A DNA stretch of 45,169 nucleotides from Verrucomicrobiota bacterium (GTDB taxonomy: Bacteria > Verrucomicrobiota > Verrucomicrobiia > Opitutales > Seribacteraceae), in contig JAQBYT010000035.1 in the NCBI GenBank assembly GCA_027622665.1, positions 1 through 45,169 on the forward strand, read 5' to 3'. Every line of letters starts with the position of its first letter. Within the stretch, counting starts at the first letter, position 1. Under the pieces are notes generated by a model that worked only from the letters and a program-made list of their open reading frames with translations, was not told the origin of the DNA and did not search any database. The position numbers and the translations under genes were made by a program. Below, in pieces: positions 18,184 through 27,865 of this stretch.

Positions 18184-19281
18184 ATGGGAAACAACTCACC
18201 GGAACACAAACCAGTCATTCTCACCTGCGCCCAACCCACGGGACGCTTGACCCTAGGTAATTACTTGGGCGCGGTAAGAAATTGGTCCACCATGCTGGAC
18301 GACTTCGAGTGCTATTTCGGCATTGTCGACATGCACGCCATCACCGTCCCCCACAAGCCTGCCGACCTTCGGCGCAATGTGCTCGAGTGCGCCGCTCAAT
18401 ACGTCGCCTGCGGTCTCGATCCCGAAAAATGTCACCAATTCGCCCAGTCTCACGTCACGGGGCACACCGAGCTCGCCTGGGTTCTCACCTGTCTCACGCC
18501 CATCGGCGAGCTCCAACGCATGACGCAGTTCAAGGAAAAGGTCGCCAAGCTCGGTTTCAAGGTCGAAGAGGACAAGGAGGCAGACCCCTCGGGCGAGGTA
18601 AAGTTCACCCACACCGGCTCCCGGGCACAGGCCAGCATCAACACCGGCCTCCTCTGCTACCCCGTGCTCATGGCAGCCGACATCCTCCTCTACAACGCCG
18701 ACCGCGTACCCGTCGGCGAGGACCAGAGACAACACCTCGAGCTCTGTCGCGATCTCGCCGAACGCTTCAACCGCACCTACTCGGAAACCTTCAAGATTCC
18801 CGCGCCCTACGTTCCCGAGACCGCGGCCCGCGTAATGTCCCTCGCCGACCCCACACGCAAAATGTCGAAATCGGACGAAAACGACCGAGCCACCCTCTAC
18901 ATTCTCGACGAACCCGACCGCATTCGCAAAAAAATCGGATCCGCCGTCACCGATTCCGGTTCCGAGGTCAAGGCAGGTCCCGACAAGCCGGGCGTCGCCA
19001 ACCTTCTCGCCATCCACTCCGCCCTTTCGGGGGAAACAGTGCCCGACCTAGAGGAAAAGTTCTCCGGGCAAGGCTACGGCGCATTCAAGAGCGAAGTGGC
19101 GGAAGTCGTGGTGGAGGCCCTTACCCCAGTCCGCGAAAAGTACCACGAATTGATTATCGACAAGGAGTACCTCCAAAACGTCCTCCGCGACGGCGCCGAA
19201 GCCGCACAGCGTAGGGCAAACAAGATAATCGGCAAGGTATACCGAAAAATTGGCTTTCCCGAACGTCCCCGCGTAAGCTAG
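18184..19281 (+). CDS. trpS: Tryptophan--tRNA ligase
   Basis: QPTGRLTLGNYLGA, RMTQFKEK, YPVLMAADIL, VPVGEDQ, KMSKS. Confidence 0.96.
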   Translation: MGNNSPEHKPVILTCAQPTGRLTLGNYLGAVRNWSTMLDDFECYFGIVDMHAITVPHKPADLRRNVLECAAQYVACGLDPEKCHQFAQSHVTGHTELAWVLTCLTPIGELQRMTQFKEKVAKLGFKVEEDKEADPSGEVKFTHTGSRAQASINTGLLCYPVLMAADILLYNADRVPVGEDQRQHLELCRDLAERFNRTYSETFKIPAPYVPETAARVMSLADPTRKMSKSDENDRATLYILDEPDRIRKKIGSAVTDSGSEVKAGPDKPGVANLLAIHSALSGETVPDLEEKFSGQGYGAFKSEVAEVVVEALTPVREKYHELIIDKEYLQNVLRDGAEAAQRRANKIIGKVYRKIGFPERPRVS

Positions 19282-19338
19282 AATCGAACAACCGCAACGC
19301 GACCACAAACCCTGCAAAGCCTAAAAGGAGAAAACCGA

Positions 19339-20619
19339 ATGGACATGGACCACGAACAATCATCACCTTCGAATCTCATAAAGTGGCCCTTCTTCGCCTC
19401 CGCCGTGTTCATTCTCGGCTTCGTCTTGTACTTCGCTCTCAACCGCTCGCCCGACGAACCCCTCGACCAGTGGCAGCTCGCCACCTGCGTGCTCTCCTCC
19501 GCCCTCGCCTCCATCCTCGTTTTCCTTCCCTACCTCCTACAGAAGTTCCTCGAGCTCGCCCTCAACCCATCCGCCGACCGCGAGGAGCAATTGATCCAGA
19601 AGATATATTTCGAGCTCAAGGAAATGCGCGACGATCTGGGCACTCTCGGCATACAGGTCGAGAAAGTGCCTACGCTCGTAGACAAAATCGTATCCGAAGC
19701 CGCGGGCAACGATGATGCCGCCTTCTCTGAGGCCGTAAAACTGGGCGGCGAACTGGAAGCCCTCCGCAAGGAAATCGGCGAACGCTTCGACGCCCTCCGA
19801 AAACGCCTCGAAGACGCCGCCGCCCCGCCGCCCGACATCGCCCTTTCCACCATTCCCGTTGCCATCGACGACCTCCGCGAACGAATCGAGGAAACACTTA
19901 CCGCCGTTCAGGCCATCAAGCCCGCAAAACGCAAAACTTCACGCTCCAAAGAACCCGAATCCGAGGAATCCACTCCAATTGCCGAACCCGAGGCACAAGA
20001 GGAAAACGAAAGCCAAGCCGAGCTCGACGAACCGGAGCAAGAACCCGAAGAAGAAACCGTAAACGAGGAACCGGAGCCGGAATCCGACCCAAGTGATGAG
20101 GATGAACCCGAACCGGACGCCCTCGAACCCCAAGAGGAGTCGGAATCCGAGATCGAGGATGCAATCCCCGAGGAAGAGCCCGAAAACGAAGAACTTCCCG
20201 AGGATGAACCGGAGGAACCGGAACAAGCCGAGCTAGATCTCCCCGACCCCGCGGAAACCCTTCGAAAAGTCGACGCCATCCTCGAGGAAACCAACCCCGA
20301 TCGGGCCCAAAAGCCAAAGAAGGCCAAAGAGCCTGTCGCCGAAAAGTCCGACAACGGCGGTGCCACCGCAGTCGTGGCCAAGGTGAAAATCGGCATCGGC
20401 AACAAGCCCTTCCTCCGCGGAGAAGGCCCAGGCCTAAGCTGGGAAGAGGGCGTACCCATGAATTTCGTCGAAATCGGCAAGTGGGCATGGTCCCCCTCCG
20501 ACAAAGACGCCCCGCTCGTCGTGCAAGTGTACCGAAACGACGAGGACCCCGACCCCACGGGCAAGCACGAGGTCGAGCCCGGACAAAAACTGGAACTATC
20601 CCCCGAATTCCCCGAATAA
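19339..20619 (+). CDS. Membrane protein with coiled coil, Glu/Pro-rich acidic linker and small C-terminal beta domain
   Basis: Two N-terminal TM segments, a long E/P/D-rich tract, and C-terminal IGIGNKPFLRGEGPGLSWEEGVPM...GKWAW. Confidence 0.75.
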   Translation: MDMDHEQSSPSNLIKWPFFASAVFILGFVLYFALNRSPDEPLDQWQLATCVLSSALASILVFLPYLLQKFLELALNPSADREEQLIQKIYFELKEMRDDLGTLGIQVEKVPTLVDKIVSEAAGNDDAAFSEAVKLGGELEALRKEIGERFDALRKRLEDAAAPPPDIALSTIPVAIDDLRERIEETLTAVQAIKPAKRKTSRSKEPESEESTPIAEPEAQEENESQAELDEPEQEPEEETVNEEPEPESDPSDEDEPEPDALEPQEESESEIEDAIPEEEPENEELPEDEPEEPEQAELDLPDPAETLRKVDAILEETNPDRAQKPKKAKEPVAEKSDNGGATAVVAKVKIGIGNKPFLRGEGPGLSWEEGVPMNFVEIGKWAWSPSDKDAPLVVQVYRNDEDPDPTGKHEVEPGQKLELSPEFPE

Positions 20620-20639
20620 GCTAAACCTCACCTCCCTCG

Positions 20640-21255
20640 GATAACCCCGTTGTTCCGGACACGAACCCCACTTCTGTTTCCGATGAAAACGAAAGTGTGA
20701 TTCCTTCTCCCGTCCATCCCCCCGGTAGTAAGGACCTTGTCAGTGATCGTGGATACGGGCGGCAAACTCTAGCTTAGCGGCAAGGTAATGAGTGACGGGG
20801 GTTCTACCGTAACGGAGGTCGGATTTTTTCTTTCACGCATCCTTGGAATCAATCCGGCTGATCCGAACTTGGTTCGGCTAGGAGCCAACCGGTCCGACGC
20901 CAACTTCATTCTGGTTGTCAAACCTCCCGAAAGCCTTGGGGTACAAATCTATGCCCGCAACTCAGCTGACGAAACCTACGGAGCCGTAAAAAGGGTAAGC
21001 TTGTCGGGGAATTCCGAACCGGCCCAATCATGGCTCTCGGGTTCGAAAGAAACAACAACCCGCTGGCGGCTGTCTTCGTGGTTCGGGACTTTCCTTCCCT
21101 TCCGGCAACGGTTGGCTCTAGCATAAGAAATGGGGTCGCCGACCCCTACCATACACCACGAGTCGTCCGAATGGCTGTATTACCTGAAGGTCTCCGGAGA
21201 AAAGATTCACTACCTCCGCTCCGGATCGAACGTCGTCGAATCCGTTGCGAAATAG
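20640..21255 (+). pseudogene. Remnant C-terminus of a surface protein (Ig/FN3-like domain plus Trp-rich tail)
   Basis: PPVVRTL...KL*LSGKVMSDGGSTVTEVGF...WRLSSWFGTFL / GNGWL*HKKWG / SSEWLYYLK...AK*. In-frame TAGs at about 20770 and 21119, plus frameshifts; no N-terminus. Confidence 0.6.
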
Positions 21256-21263
21256 CGTTTACG

Positions 21264-22193
21264 CTATTCCCAGAGCTTGGCCGGGTAGGCTCCCTCGGCA
21301 ACCAAGGCGGCCAAAGCCTCGATCACGCGGGGCTTGTCTGCCTTGTAGGTCACGCCCATCCAGCGGCAGGGCGTTGGTCGGACGCGAACCGTGGCAAAGT
21401 CTTGCTTTATCCAATCGTCGACCGCGGAAGGTAGGTAGAACTCGTCTTTGGTGACGTCTCCGACTTCGTGGAGAAAGGAGACGAAGCTTTTTTCCAAAAG
21501 CGGAAAGACGCCGGCAGGGAAACCCCAGACGTTCATGGAGGCCGTTTCCTCCCCCGTGAGGTCGCGTCGTTGACCCTCGGAGCTTATCCCGCTCACGGTG
21601 CCTTCGGGCCCCTTACTTATGCCGGTCCACTCGGAAACGGTATTTAAAAAACCGTCCGTGGTTGCGCACACGCCACGTGATACGTTGCCGTGCTCGGACA
21701 AGGTTTCCGACAGGCGAAAACCGGCCATCGAACAGAACAGTTTGCCCGAAGCGCCACCTCCGTCCGATTCGGCAAGGCTTTCCGACAAACGACTGAAGGT
21801 TTCGGCACCGTAGAAGTCGTCCGCGTTGATAACGGCAAAGGGAGAGTCACCCACCACTTCGCGGGCCGCCCAAGTCGCGTGACCCGTGCCCCATGGTCTC
21901 TCGCGTTCCTCGGGGACGGCAAACCCTTCGGGCAAATCATCTAGCTCTTGGTAGGCGTAGGCTACCTCCACGCGACCGGCGTAACGGCTGCCGATTTGAG
22001 TCTCGAACACCTCGGAGATATCCCGACGAATGAGAAATACGACACGCGAAAATCCTGCCCTGCAGGCATCGTATATTGCGTAATCCATGAGGGTCTCCCC
22101 ATTAGGTCCGACCGCTTCCAATTGCTTGAGTCCGCCGTAACGGGCACCCATTCCGGCGGCAAGTACGAGTAAAGTGGGTGATTCAGAAGTCAT
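21264..22193 (-). CDS. Sugar-phosphate nucleotidyltransferase (NTP_transferase family)
   Basis: LAAGMGARYGGLKQ, PWGTGHA, INADDFYG, WMGVTY. Start ATG 22193 overlaps the nnr stop. Confidence 0.88.
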   Translation of the reverse strand: MTSESPTLLVLAAGMGARYGGLKQLEAVGPNGETLMDYAIYDACRAGFSRVVFLIRRDISEVFETQIGSRYAGRVEVAYAYQELDDLPEGFAVPEERERPWGTGHATWAAREVVGDSPFAVINADDFYGAETFSRLSESLAESDGGGASGKLFCSMAGFRLSETLSEHGNVSRGVCATTDGFLNTVSEWTGISKGPEGTVSGISSEGQRRDLTGEETASMNVWGFPAGVFPLLEKSFVSFLHEVGDVTKDEFYLPSAVDDWIKQDFATVRVRPTPCRWMGVTYKADKPRVIEALAALVAEGAYPAKLWE

Positions 22194-23769
22194 TGCGTAA
22201 GGAAAAAGAAAGATAATCGAGAAGTTCGGTCGCGTTGACGGCTTCCTGCCCGTGTTGGCGCGCCAAAGTGTCAGCCGCGCGACCATGCCACAGAACGCCC
22301 AGTGCGGCGGCGTCAAACAAGGAACGATCCCCGCGGGCGGCAAGAGAGCCGATAATACCGGCAAGCAAGTCTCCGCTGCCACCGCGAGCAAGGACAGGGC
22401 CTCCGGAAATGTTTACGACCTCTCGTCCGGACGAACATATCCTGGTCAAAGGGCCTTTGAGCACGGTGGCGCAGCCGATTTTCTCCGAATAAGCTCGAGG
22501 ACAAATATCGGCGCCTCCCGACAAACGAGCGAATTCACCGGCATGGGGGGTTAGCGCAAGCCTCTCGGGTTTCGGAGCTTCGGCGATGATTGCAGGTTGC
22601 AGGGCATCGGCGTCGAGAATAACGGGGCCGTCGAATTCCTTAAGGATTTCGGAAAGCAGAACCTGCGTCTCGCGCTCGGTTCCAAGACCGGGCCCGGCCA
22701 CGAGAGCTGTGGCTCGCGAAAGCTTTTCCACGACCAAGCCACGACCCTCGAGAGCCAAACCACCGTCTGGAGTCTCGGGCATGGGCACCCACATGGCCTC
22801 GGGCAAAGCCGCGGCGAAGGACGATTGCAGGGACTCGGGAACAAAAGCCGTAAGCAGACCGACCCCGGAGCGGATAGCCGCCTTGGCCGCCATCAGGGCC
22901 GCGCCGGGATAGGTGCGTGATCCGGCCAAGAGAAAGAGATGCCCGAAGTCACGCTTGTCGCAATGAGCCGGCCGCAACTTGCGGAGAGTTCGAATGGCGG
23001 AGCCGAGCAGAATTTCCTTAACCGTGGAAACCGCACCAGGCTGTTTTGGCCCATCGAAGAAGCCCACGTCTACGTAACGTATGCGGCCTACGAATTGAGC
23101 GTTCGAAGAAGCGAGCAAGGGAGCCTTGACGATACCCGTGGCGTAGGTGAAGTCGGCCCGAAAGGGAGAAGGGTCGGTCTCGTCCCCCACCCCACTAGGG
23201 AGGTCCACGGAAACGCGAAAACCGAGGTCGGCTCGATCGTTGAGAAAGCCGAGTAGGTGTGAGATTGGCTCCCGAACGGGCGGGCGGAACTGCATGCCGA
23301 GCAACCCGTCCAGACAGGCATGGAAACCATTTCCTTGGGCAGCATTTTGGAAGGTCGCCGAAATATTTTCTGGAGAAGCAAGGGAGGAGAGTGGTTCAAG
23401 TTCTTCCACTCGCTTGGCAGCCAGTTCCAGCAATTCGTCGCGAGCCCGTTGAACATTCGACTTGCAAGCATTCCAAGGTTCGACGGGCCAGAGACAGGCC
23501 CGGGCCGTGGGGATGCTACGCAACAGACGTTTGGCGGCGACAAGGGCGTCTCCGCCATTGTGCCCCTTCCCGACCAAAAAGAGAAAGCGGGGACGGTGTG
23601 GAATTGTTCGCAGTTCGCGCATGTCGCGAAGAAGGCAGTCGGCCAAGCCTTCGCCCGCCGCCCTCATGGCCTGCCACTCCGCCTCGGCATCGTCGCCCAA
23701 CAGGCTTTGCTCGAAGGCCAGGGCCTCGGAGCAAGTGAGGAGCGGATGGGTAACGAGAGCTTCGCTCAC
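22183..23769 (-). CDS. nnr: Bifunctional NAD(P)H-hydrate epimerase/dehydratase (YjeF/Nnr)
   Basis: GKGHNGGD, VDLPSG, KRDFGH...AGSRTYPGAA, GPGLG, LDADAL, TPHAGEF, LARGGSGDLLAG. Confidence 0.92.
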   Translation of the reverse strand: MSEALVTHPLLTCSEALAFEQSLLGDDAEAEWQAMRAAGEGLADCLLRDMRELRTIPHRPRFLFLVGKGHNGGDALVAAKRLLRSIPTARACLWPVEPWNACKSNVQRARDELLELAAKRVEELEPLSSLASPENISATFQNAAQGNGFHACLDGLLGMQFRPPVREPISHLLGFLNDRADLGFRVSVDLPSGVGDETDPSPFRADFTYATGIVKAPLLASSNAQFVGRIRYVDVGFFDGPKQPGAVSTVKEILLGSAIRTLRKLRPAHCDKRDFGHLFLLAGSRTYPGAALMAAKAAIRSGVGLLTAFVPESLQSSFAAALPEAMWVPMPETPDGGLALEGRGLVVEKLSRATALVAGPGLGTERETQVLLSEILKEFDGPVILDADALQPAIIAEAPKPERLALTPHAGEFARLSGGADICPRAYSEKIGCATVLKGPLTRICSSGREVVNISGGPVLARGGSGDLLAGIIGSLAARGDRSLFDAAALGVLWHGRAADTLARQHGQEAVNATELLDYLSFSLRNDF

Positions 23770-24170
23770 GAGACGATAACCACGACCGCCATGGCCATGG
23801 TGGAAAGATGGGAAAGGCTGATCAAGATTTTACTGCCCCCGCGCTCCTCGAGCAAGGCAGCGCCTTTTTCACTGAGGCGGACGTGTGGTTCGCCGGCGGA
23901 ACCATTCTCAATGCCAGCGTCCTGCCAACCGAACTCGCCCCCAATGCCAGTACGAAATGCCTTGGAAATGGCCTCCTTGGCCGCAAAGCGAGCGGCGAAG
24001 TGGGGTGCGGGATCCGCCATGCCTTCGCAGTATTCGCGTTCGGTGGAGGTGAAGACCTTTTCAATAAAACGATCGGCATGGCTTTCGAGTGAGGAGCGGA
24101 CTCGATCGACCTCGATCAAGTCGGTTCCAACGCCAAGAACGTTCGTTCCCTCCGGAAGTTCCGGCATCAT
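23766..24170 (-). CDS. acpS: Holo-[acyl-carrier-protein] synthase
   Basis: GVGTDLIE, AARFAAKEA, ISLSH; follows pdxJ. Confidence 0.95.
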   Translation of the reverse strand: MMPELPEGTNVLGVGTDLIEVDRVRSSLESHADRFIEKVFTSTEREYCEGMADPAPHFAARFAAKEAISKAFRTGIGGEFGWQDAGIENGSAGEPHVRLSEKGAALLEERGGSKILISLSHLSTMAMAVVVIVS

Positions 24171-24919
24171 GACTCGGGATTCAGGAGGGAGCGCATGGTG
24201 GCAACGGCTTCCTCGATGCCGGTGAACAGGGCCCTGCTGATTATGCTGTGGCCAATGTTGAACTCAAAAACCGAAGACAAGGTTTGGGCCTCGGCCACGT
24301 TTAGGTAGTTGATGCCGTGACCGGCGTTTACGCGCAGGCCAAGGCTGACGCCGAGATCCATGCCCGAGCGCAAGACGTTCAGCTCGCGGTTGCGAGCATT
24401 CTCGTCGAACCAAGCTCGAGCAAAACTTCCGGTATGCAATTCCACCCACGGAGCTCCAGCCTCGGCGGAGGCCTCGAGTTGGTCGGTTTCAGGATCAATG
24501 AAAAGGCTTACGGGAATACCCGCCGAGACCAGGGTGGAGGTAACTTCTCTCGCCTTTGAGGCGTTGCCAGCGACGTCCAGGCCGCCCTCGGTAGTAACCT
24601 CGCGGCGATTCTCGGGGACGAGACAAACGCTGTCGGGCTTTATGCGCAGGGCGTAATCGATCATTTCATCGGACCAGGACATCTCGAGATTCAGTCGCGT
24701 TTTCTTCTTCTCCAAATAGCGTTCGACGTCGTCCGTCTGCACATGCCGACGATCCTCGCGAACATGCATGGTGATGCCGTCTGCGCCGGCGTCCTCAGCT
24801 CGCCAGGCGATTTCAGCGGGATCGGGCTCGACGTAACCTCCGTGGGCATTCGGTTCGTCCCGATACCGGGCCTGCCGCACGGTTGCGGCATGGTCTACGT
24901 TCACTCCCAAAAGAATCAT
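24167..24919 (-). CDS. pdxJ: Pyridoxine 5'-phosphate synthase
   Basis: LGVNVDHAATVRQAR, HVREDRRH, TTEGGLD, ELHTG, NAGHG, NIGHSII. Confidence 0.96.
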   Translation of the reverse strand: MILLGVNVDHAATVRQARYRDEPNAHGGYVEPDPAEIAWRAEDAGADGITMHVREDRRHVQTDDVERYLEKKKTRLNLEMSWSDEMIDYALRIKPDSVCLVPENRREVTTEGGLDVAGNASKAREVTSTLVSAGIPVSLFIDPETDQLEASAEAGAPWVELHTGSFARAWFDENARNRELNVLRSGMDLGVSLGLRVNAGHGINYLNVAEAQTLSSVFEFNIGHSIISRALFTGIEEAVATMRSLLNPES

Positions 24920-24953
24920 GGCAAAGAATTAATAATACCGTACTATAGGGTAT

Positions 24954-25724
24954 TCAGTCGAAACTCAATAGGGTTTGCGGAGGATTTTCAGACGATGCTT
25001 TGTCCTCTCCTAAAATCTTTCGCAGGAAACGCGGGCGGTGATCGGGAGTGGGACCCAGTTCTTGCAAAGCCCGCAGGTGCTTGGGCGCCCCATAACCTTT
25101 GTTGGAGGCGAAATCGTATTCGGGATACCTTTCGGCCATACGAAACATTAGACGATCTCGAGTTACCTTTGCGGCAATGGAAGCCATTGCCACGGAAAGG
25201 GAAAGGGTGTCCCCCTTTACCAAACCCTCGTGCAAGTAAGGCAAACGCTTCATGGGACGACCATCCACCAGAACGAGCCAGGGTGGCTCCGAGGCGCCTT
25301 GTTCGGTTGCAAACAAACCTTCGGCTAAGTCATCCTTTCCCCGAGGTTTCCAGAGACCTCCACAGAGCTCGGTCAAGGCATCCATCGCTCGGCGCATAGC
25401 CAAACAGGTGCCGCCTACTATATTTTCGCTTTCGATTTCGGCGACGGATGCCTCGCCTGTTGCGAACCAAAGCTCGCCCGCCAGCATGAGCGACTCGAGA
25501 ATCTCGTACAACTTCTCACGCTTTGCCTGATCCAATTGCTTGGAATCGTTCACCTCCGCGCATTTTCGACGGTTGGCGGCCTTGGAGAAGAAGTCCGCAG
25601 GAAGAAGAGTCGCCCCCGCAACTACCGGCCCGGCGAGGCAACCTCGCCCCGCCTCATCCACTCCCACGATGCCCAGCAAGCCCTTGGCGGCCTTTCGGTC
25701 GTGGGTCCAGAGCGGATTGGCCAT
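24954..25724 (-). CDS. rnhB: Ribonuclease HII
   Basis: GVDEAGRGCLAGPVVA, NDSK, VDG, KGD...ASIAAKVTRD, NKGYG. Start taken as ATG 25724. Confidence 0.93.
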   Translation of the reverse strand: MANPLWTHDRKAAKGLLGIVGVDEAGRGCLAGPVVAGATLLPADFFSKAANRRKCAEVNDSKQLDQAKREKLYEILESLMLAGELWFATGEASVAEIESENIVGGTCLAMRRAMDALTELCGGLWKPRGKDDLAEGLFATEQGASEPPWLVLVDGRPMKRLPYLHEGLVKGDTLSLSVAMASIAAKVTRDRLMFRMAERYPEYDFASNKGYGAPKHLRALQELGPTPDHRPRFLRKILGEDKASSENPPQTLLSFD

Positions 25725-25734
25725 CGAAAAAGGG

Positions 25735-26730
25735 TCAGGACTTCTTGCCTCTGCCCCAATTCGGGTTCCAAGCCTTTTTGGTTGGAGGAGTTTTTCCCAA
25801 GGCCTCGTATGCAGTCTTGAAGTGGAGCTTGCAAAAACGATTGAGGGAGTCGGGCCCCAATCGTTCCGCAAGGGCCTTGGCCTTGGCCTTCGCGTTGGCT
25901 CCGGAACCCTTGGGCAGTGCCTCGCCGCACTCATCCTCCAAATTCTTCATTTGTTGGAGCCAAGTCGCCCGAGCCACGATGGAAGATGCCGCCACCACGG
26001 GATCCTCTTCAGCCTTGGGACGCATGCGCAGGTCGAATTCCCTGTCCTTCACATAGGCTTGAACCAATGGTTGCTTGGTAAACTGGTCGAGCAACCCCCA
26101 TGGCGGCATGCGAACGTCCAAAGCATCGTTGAGAGAGCGACCGTGAAGCCAGGCGAGAAACTTGTTTAGGTTTTGATCGAACTTTTTGTACAGCTCGTTA
26201 TACTTGGGCATACCCGTAAAGGCCGTCTTTATGACAACGCCCTTAGTTCCGGCGATGAGCTTGCTCATCTTAGTGATTACGCCGTCGGTGATCGTCTTGC
26301 TGTCGCGAATACCGGCATCCATCCACTTTCTCACCATATCACCGTCGGCAATTACGCAAGCGGTGACGACGGGGCCGAAGAGATCGCCCTTCCCACTTTC
26401 GTCGAGACCGGCGTGTGGCTCGAACCATTCCGGATTGTTCACTTCCTCGTAACCGAGCAGAAATTCTCCCGTTACTTCGGGCTCCAGAATATTCTGCACG
26501 AAGTCCTCCGTCTTTTTCCCTTGGACGACGACCTTTCCGCTCTCGTAGCCGACCACGTTTACCTGCTCGCCGGTATAGGCGAAACGAGCGTATGCCACCA
26601 CACGCGGTTCCCATTCCCGCGATTCAAGCGCGAAGCCAAGTTTATCCAACTTCTCGCTATCGAGCTTGATGGTGTACATCGTTTTCTTCGCCTTCTCTTC
26701 GTCGCCGTATTCGGATGATTGTCTTGCCAT
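25735..26730 (-). CDS. rnhC: Ribonuclease HIII
   Basis: N-terminal TBP-like domain (YESGKVVVQGK), GLDESGKGDLFGP, IRDSK, DQF, VAASSIVAR, KLHFKT. Confidence 0.92.
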   Translation of the reverse strand: MARQSSEYGDEEKAKKTMYTIKLDSEKLDKLGFALESREWEPRVVAYARFAYTGEQVNVVGYESGKVVVQGKKTEDFVQNILEPEVTGEFLLGYEEVNNPEWFEPHAGLDESGKGDLFGPVVTACVIADGDMVRKWMDAGIRDSKTITDGVITKMSKLIAGTKGVVIKTAFTGMPKYNELYKKFDQNLNKFLAWLHGRSLNDALDVRMPPWGLLDQFTKQPLVQAYVKDREFDLRMRPKAEEDPVVAASSIVARATWLQQMKNLEDECGEALPKGSGANAKAKAKALAERLGPDSLNRFCKLHFKTAYEALGKTPPTKKAWNPNWGRGKKS

Positions 26731-26781
26731 ATGCCAATCTCCTATGAAAAAGACCGCGGACGAACGCAACCGTCAAGCGAC

Positions 26782-27843
26782 GTGAAAATCCCCAACAATC
26801 ATCCTCTCTCCTCTGCCGATGCTCTAGAATCCTTTGGAAACGGGCTGCTTGCATGGTACGATGAACACAAGCGGGAACTTCCCTGGAGAACTGCCCCTAG
26901 CCTTTACAAGACAGTCGTGTCCGAATTCATGCTCCAACAAACCCGGGTATCGACCGTTCTGCCCTACTTTGAAAGATGGTTGGAGAAATTTCCCGATTTC
27001 GCCTCCCTCGCCGCCGCTTCGGAAGAAAAGGTAGTAAAAGCCTGGGAAGGACTGGGCTACTATTCAAGAGCCCGCAACCTGTGGAAGCTCGCCAAGGAAA
27101 TACAGGCTTTCGACGCCCCCCCCGAAGACCCCGAAACATGGCAAACCTTCCCCGGAGTCGGCCCCTACGTTGCGGCTGCCGTAACCAGCATCAGCTTTGG
27201 TTCCGCGACCGCCGTCGCCGACGGCAACGTCGTACGCATACTCACTCGCATTTTCGCACAAGGTGAACAATTTCGGGACGGAGCCACCGCCCAACGGAAA
27301 CTGCGCCCGCTCGCCCAAGCTCTCCTGAACCCCAATCGTCCCGGCGACTACAACCAAGCCGTCATGGAACTCGGCGCGACGGTCTGCAATCGCCGATCTC
27401 CCCTGTGCCTGACTTGCCCGGTTCTCAAATTCTGCCAAGCGGGCCAACGCGGAGACGCCGAAGCATATCCAAACATCGACAAGAAGAAGATCGAGCGCTT
27501 GAGTATCGATCGCCTATGGATAGTCCTGAACGGGGCTCTTCTCCTTCATAAGATCCCGGATGACTCCAAGCGTCTTGCCGGCCTATACGAGCTACCCCGA
27601 CCAGAAGATCTGCCCGAGAGCCTTAAGCCCCAAAAAACCGTTCACATCACAACCAAAAGACGAGCCATAGCCAACCAATCGATCGAGGAACGCATCCTTA
27701 GGACCGAGCTTAAAGGCTCTCGGGAACTATCGAACGCCACCAATCTAAAGTTCATTCCATTCGAAAAACTCAACGAGCTCACACTCTCAGGACCGCACCG
27801 CAAGTGGGTGAAGGAACTGCAGGAAAAACTGGTTTTCGCCTAA
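26782..27843 (+). CDS. mutY: A/G-specific adenine DNA glycosylase
   Basis: RELPWR, SEFMLQQT, WEGLGYYSRARNL, HhH FPGVGPY, DGNVVR, Fe-S motif CNRRSPLCLTCPVLKFC. Confidence 0.95.
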   Translation: MKIPNNHPLSSADALESFGNGLLAWYDEHKRELPWRTAPSLYKTVVSEFMLQQTRVSTVLPYFERWLEKFPDFASLAAASEEKVVKAWEGLGYYSRARNLWKLAKEIQAFDAPPEDPETWQTFPGVGPYVAAAVTSISFGSATAVADGNVVRILTRIFAQGEQFRDGATAQRKLRPLAQALLNPNRPGDYNQAVMELGATVCNRRSPLCLTCPVLKFCQAGQRGDAEAYPNIDKKKIERLSIDRLWIVLNGALLLHKIPDDSKRLAGLYELPRPEDLPESLKPQKTVHITTKRRAIANQSIEERILRTELKGSRELSNATNLKFIPFEKLNELTLSGPHRKWVKELQEKLVFA

Positions 27844-27865
27844 GAGGTCGACCTAAAGAGAGATT

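Noticed and set aside
18253..19214. Long alternative ORFs over trpS (254 aa minus, 310 aa plus)
   Set aside because: Stop-poor frames caused by strong C-ending codon bias; Arg/Pro-rich with no motifs.
23320..24225. 301 aa plus-strand ORF across nnr/acpS/pdxJ
   Set aside because: Antisense to well-conserved genes, with no recognisable domain.
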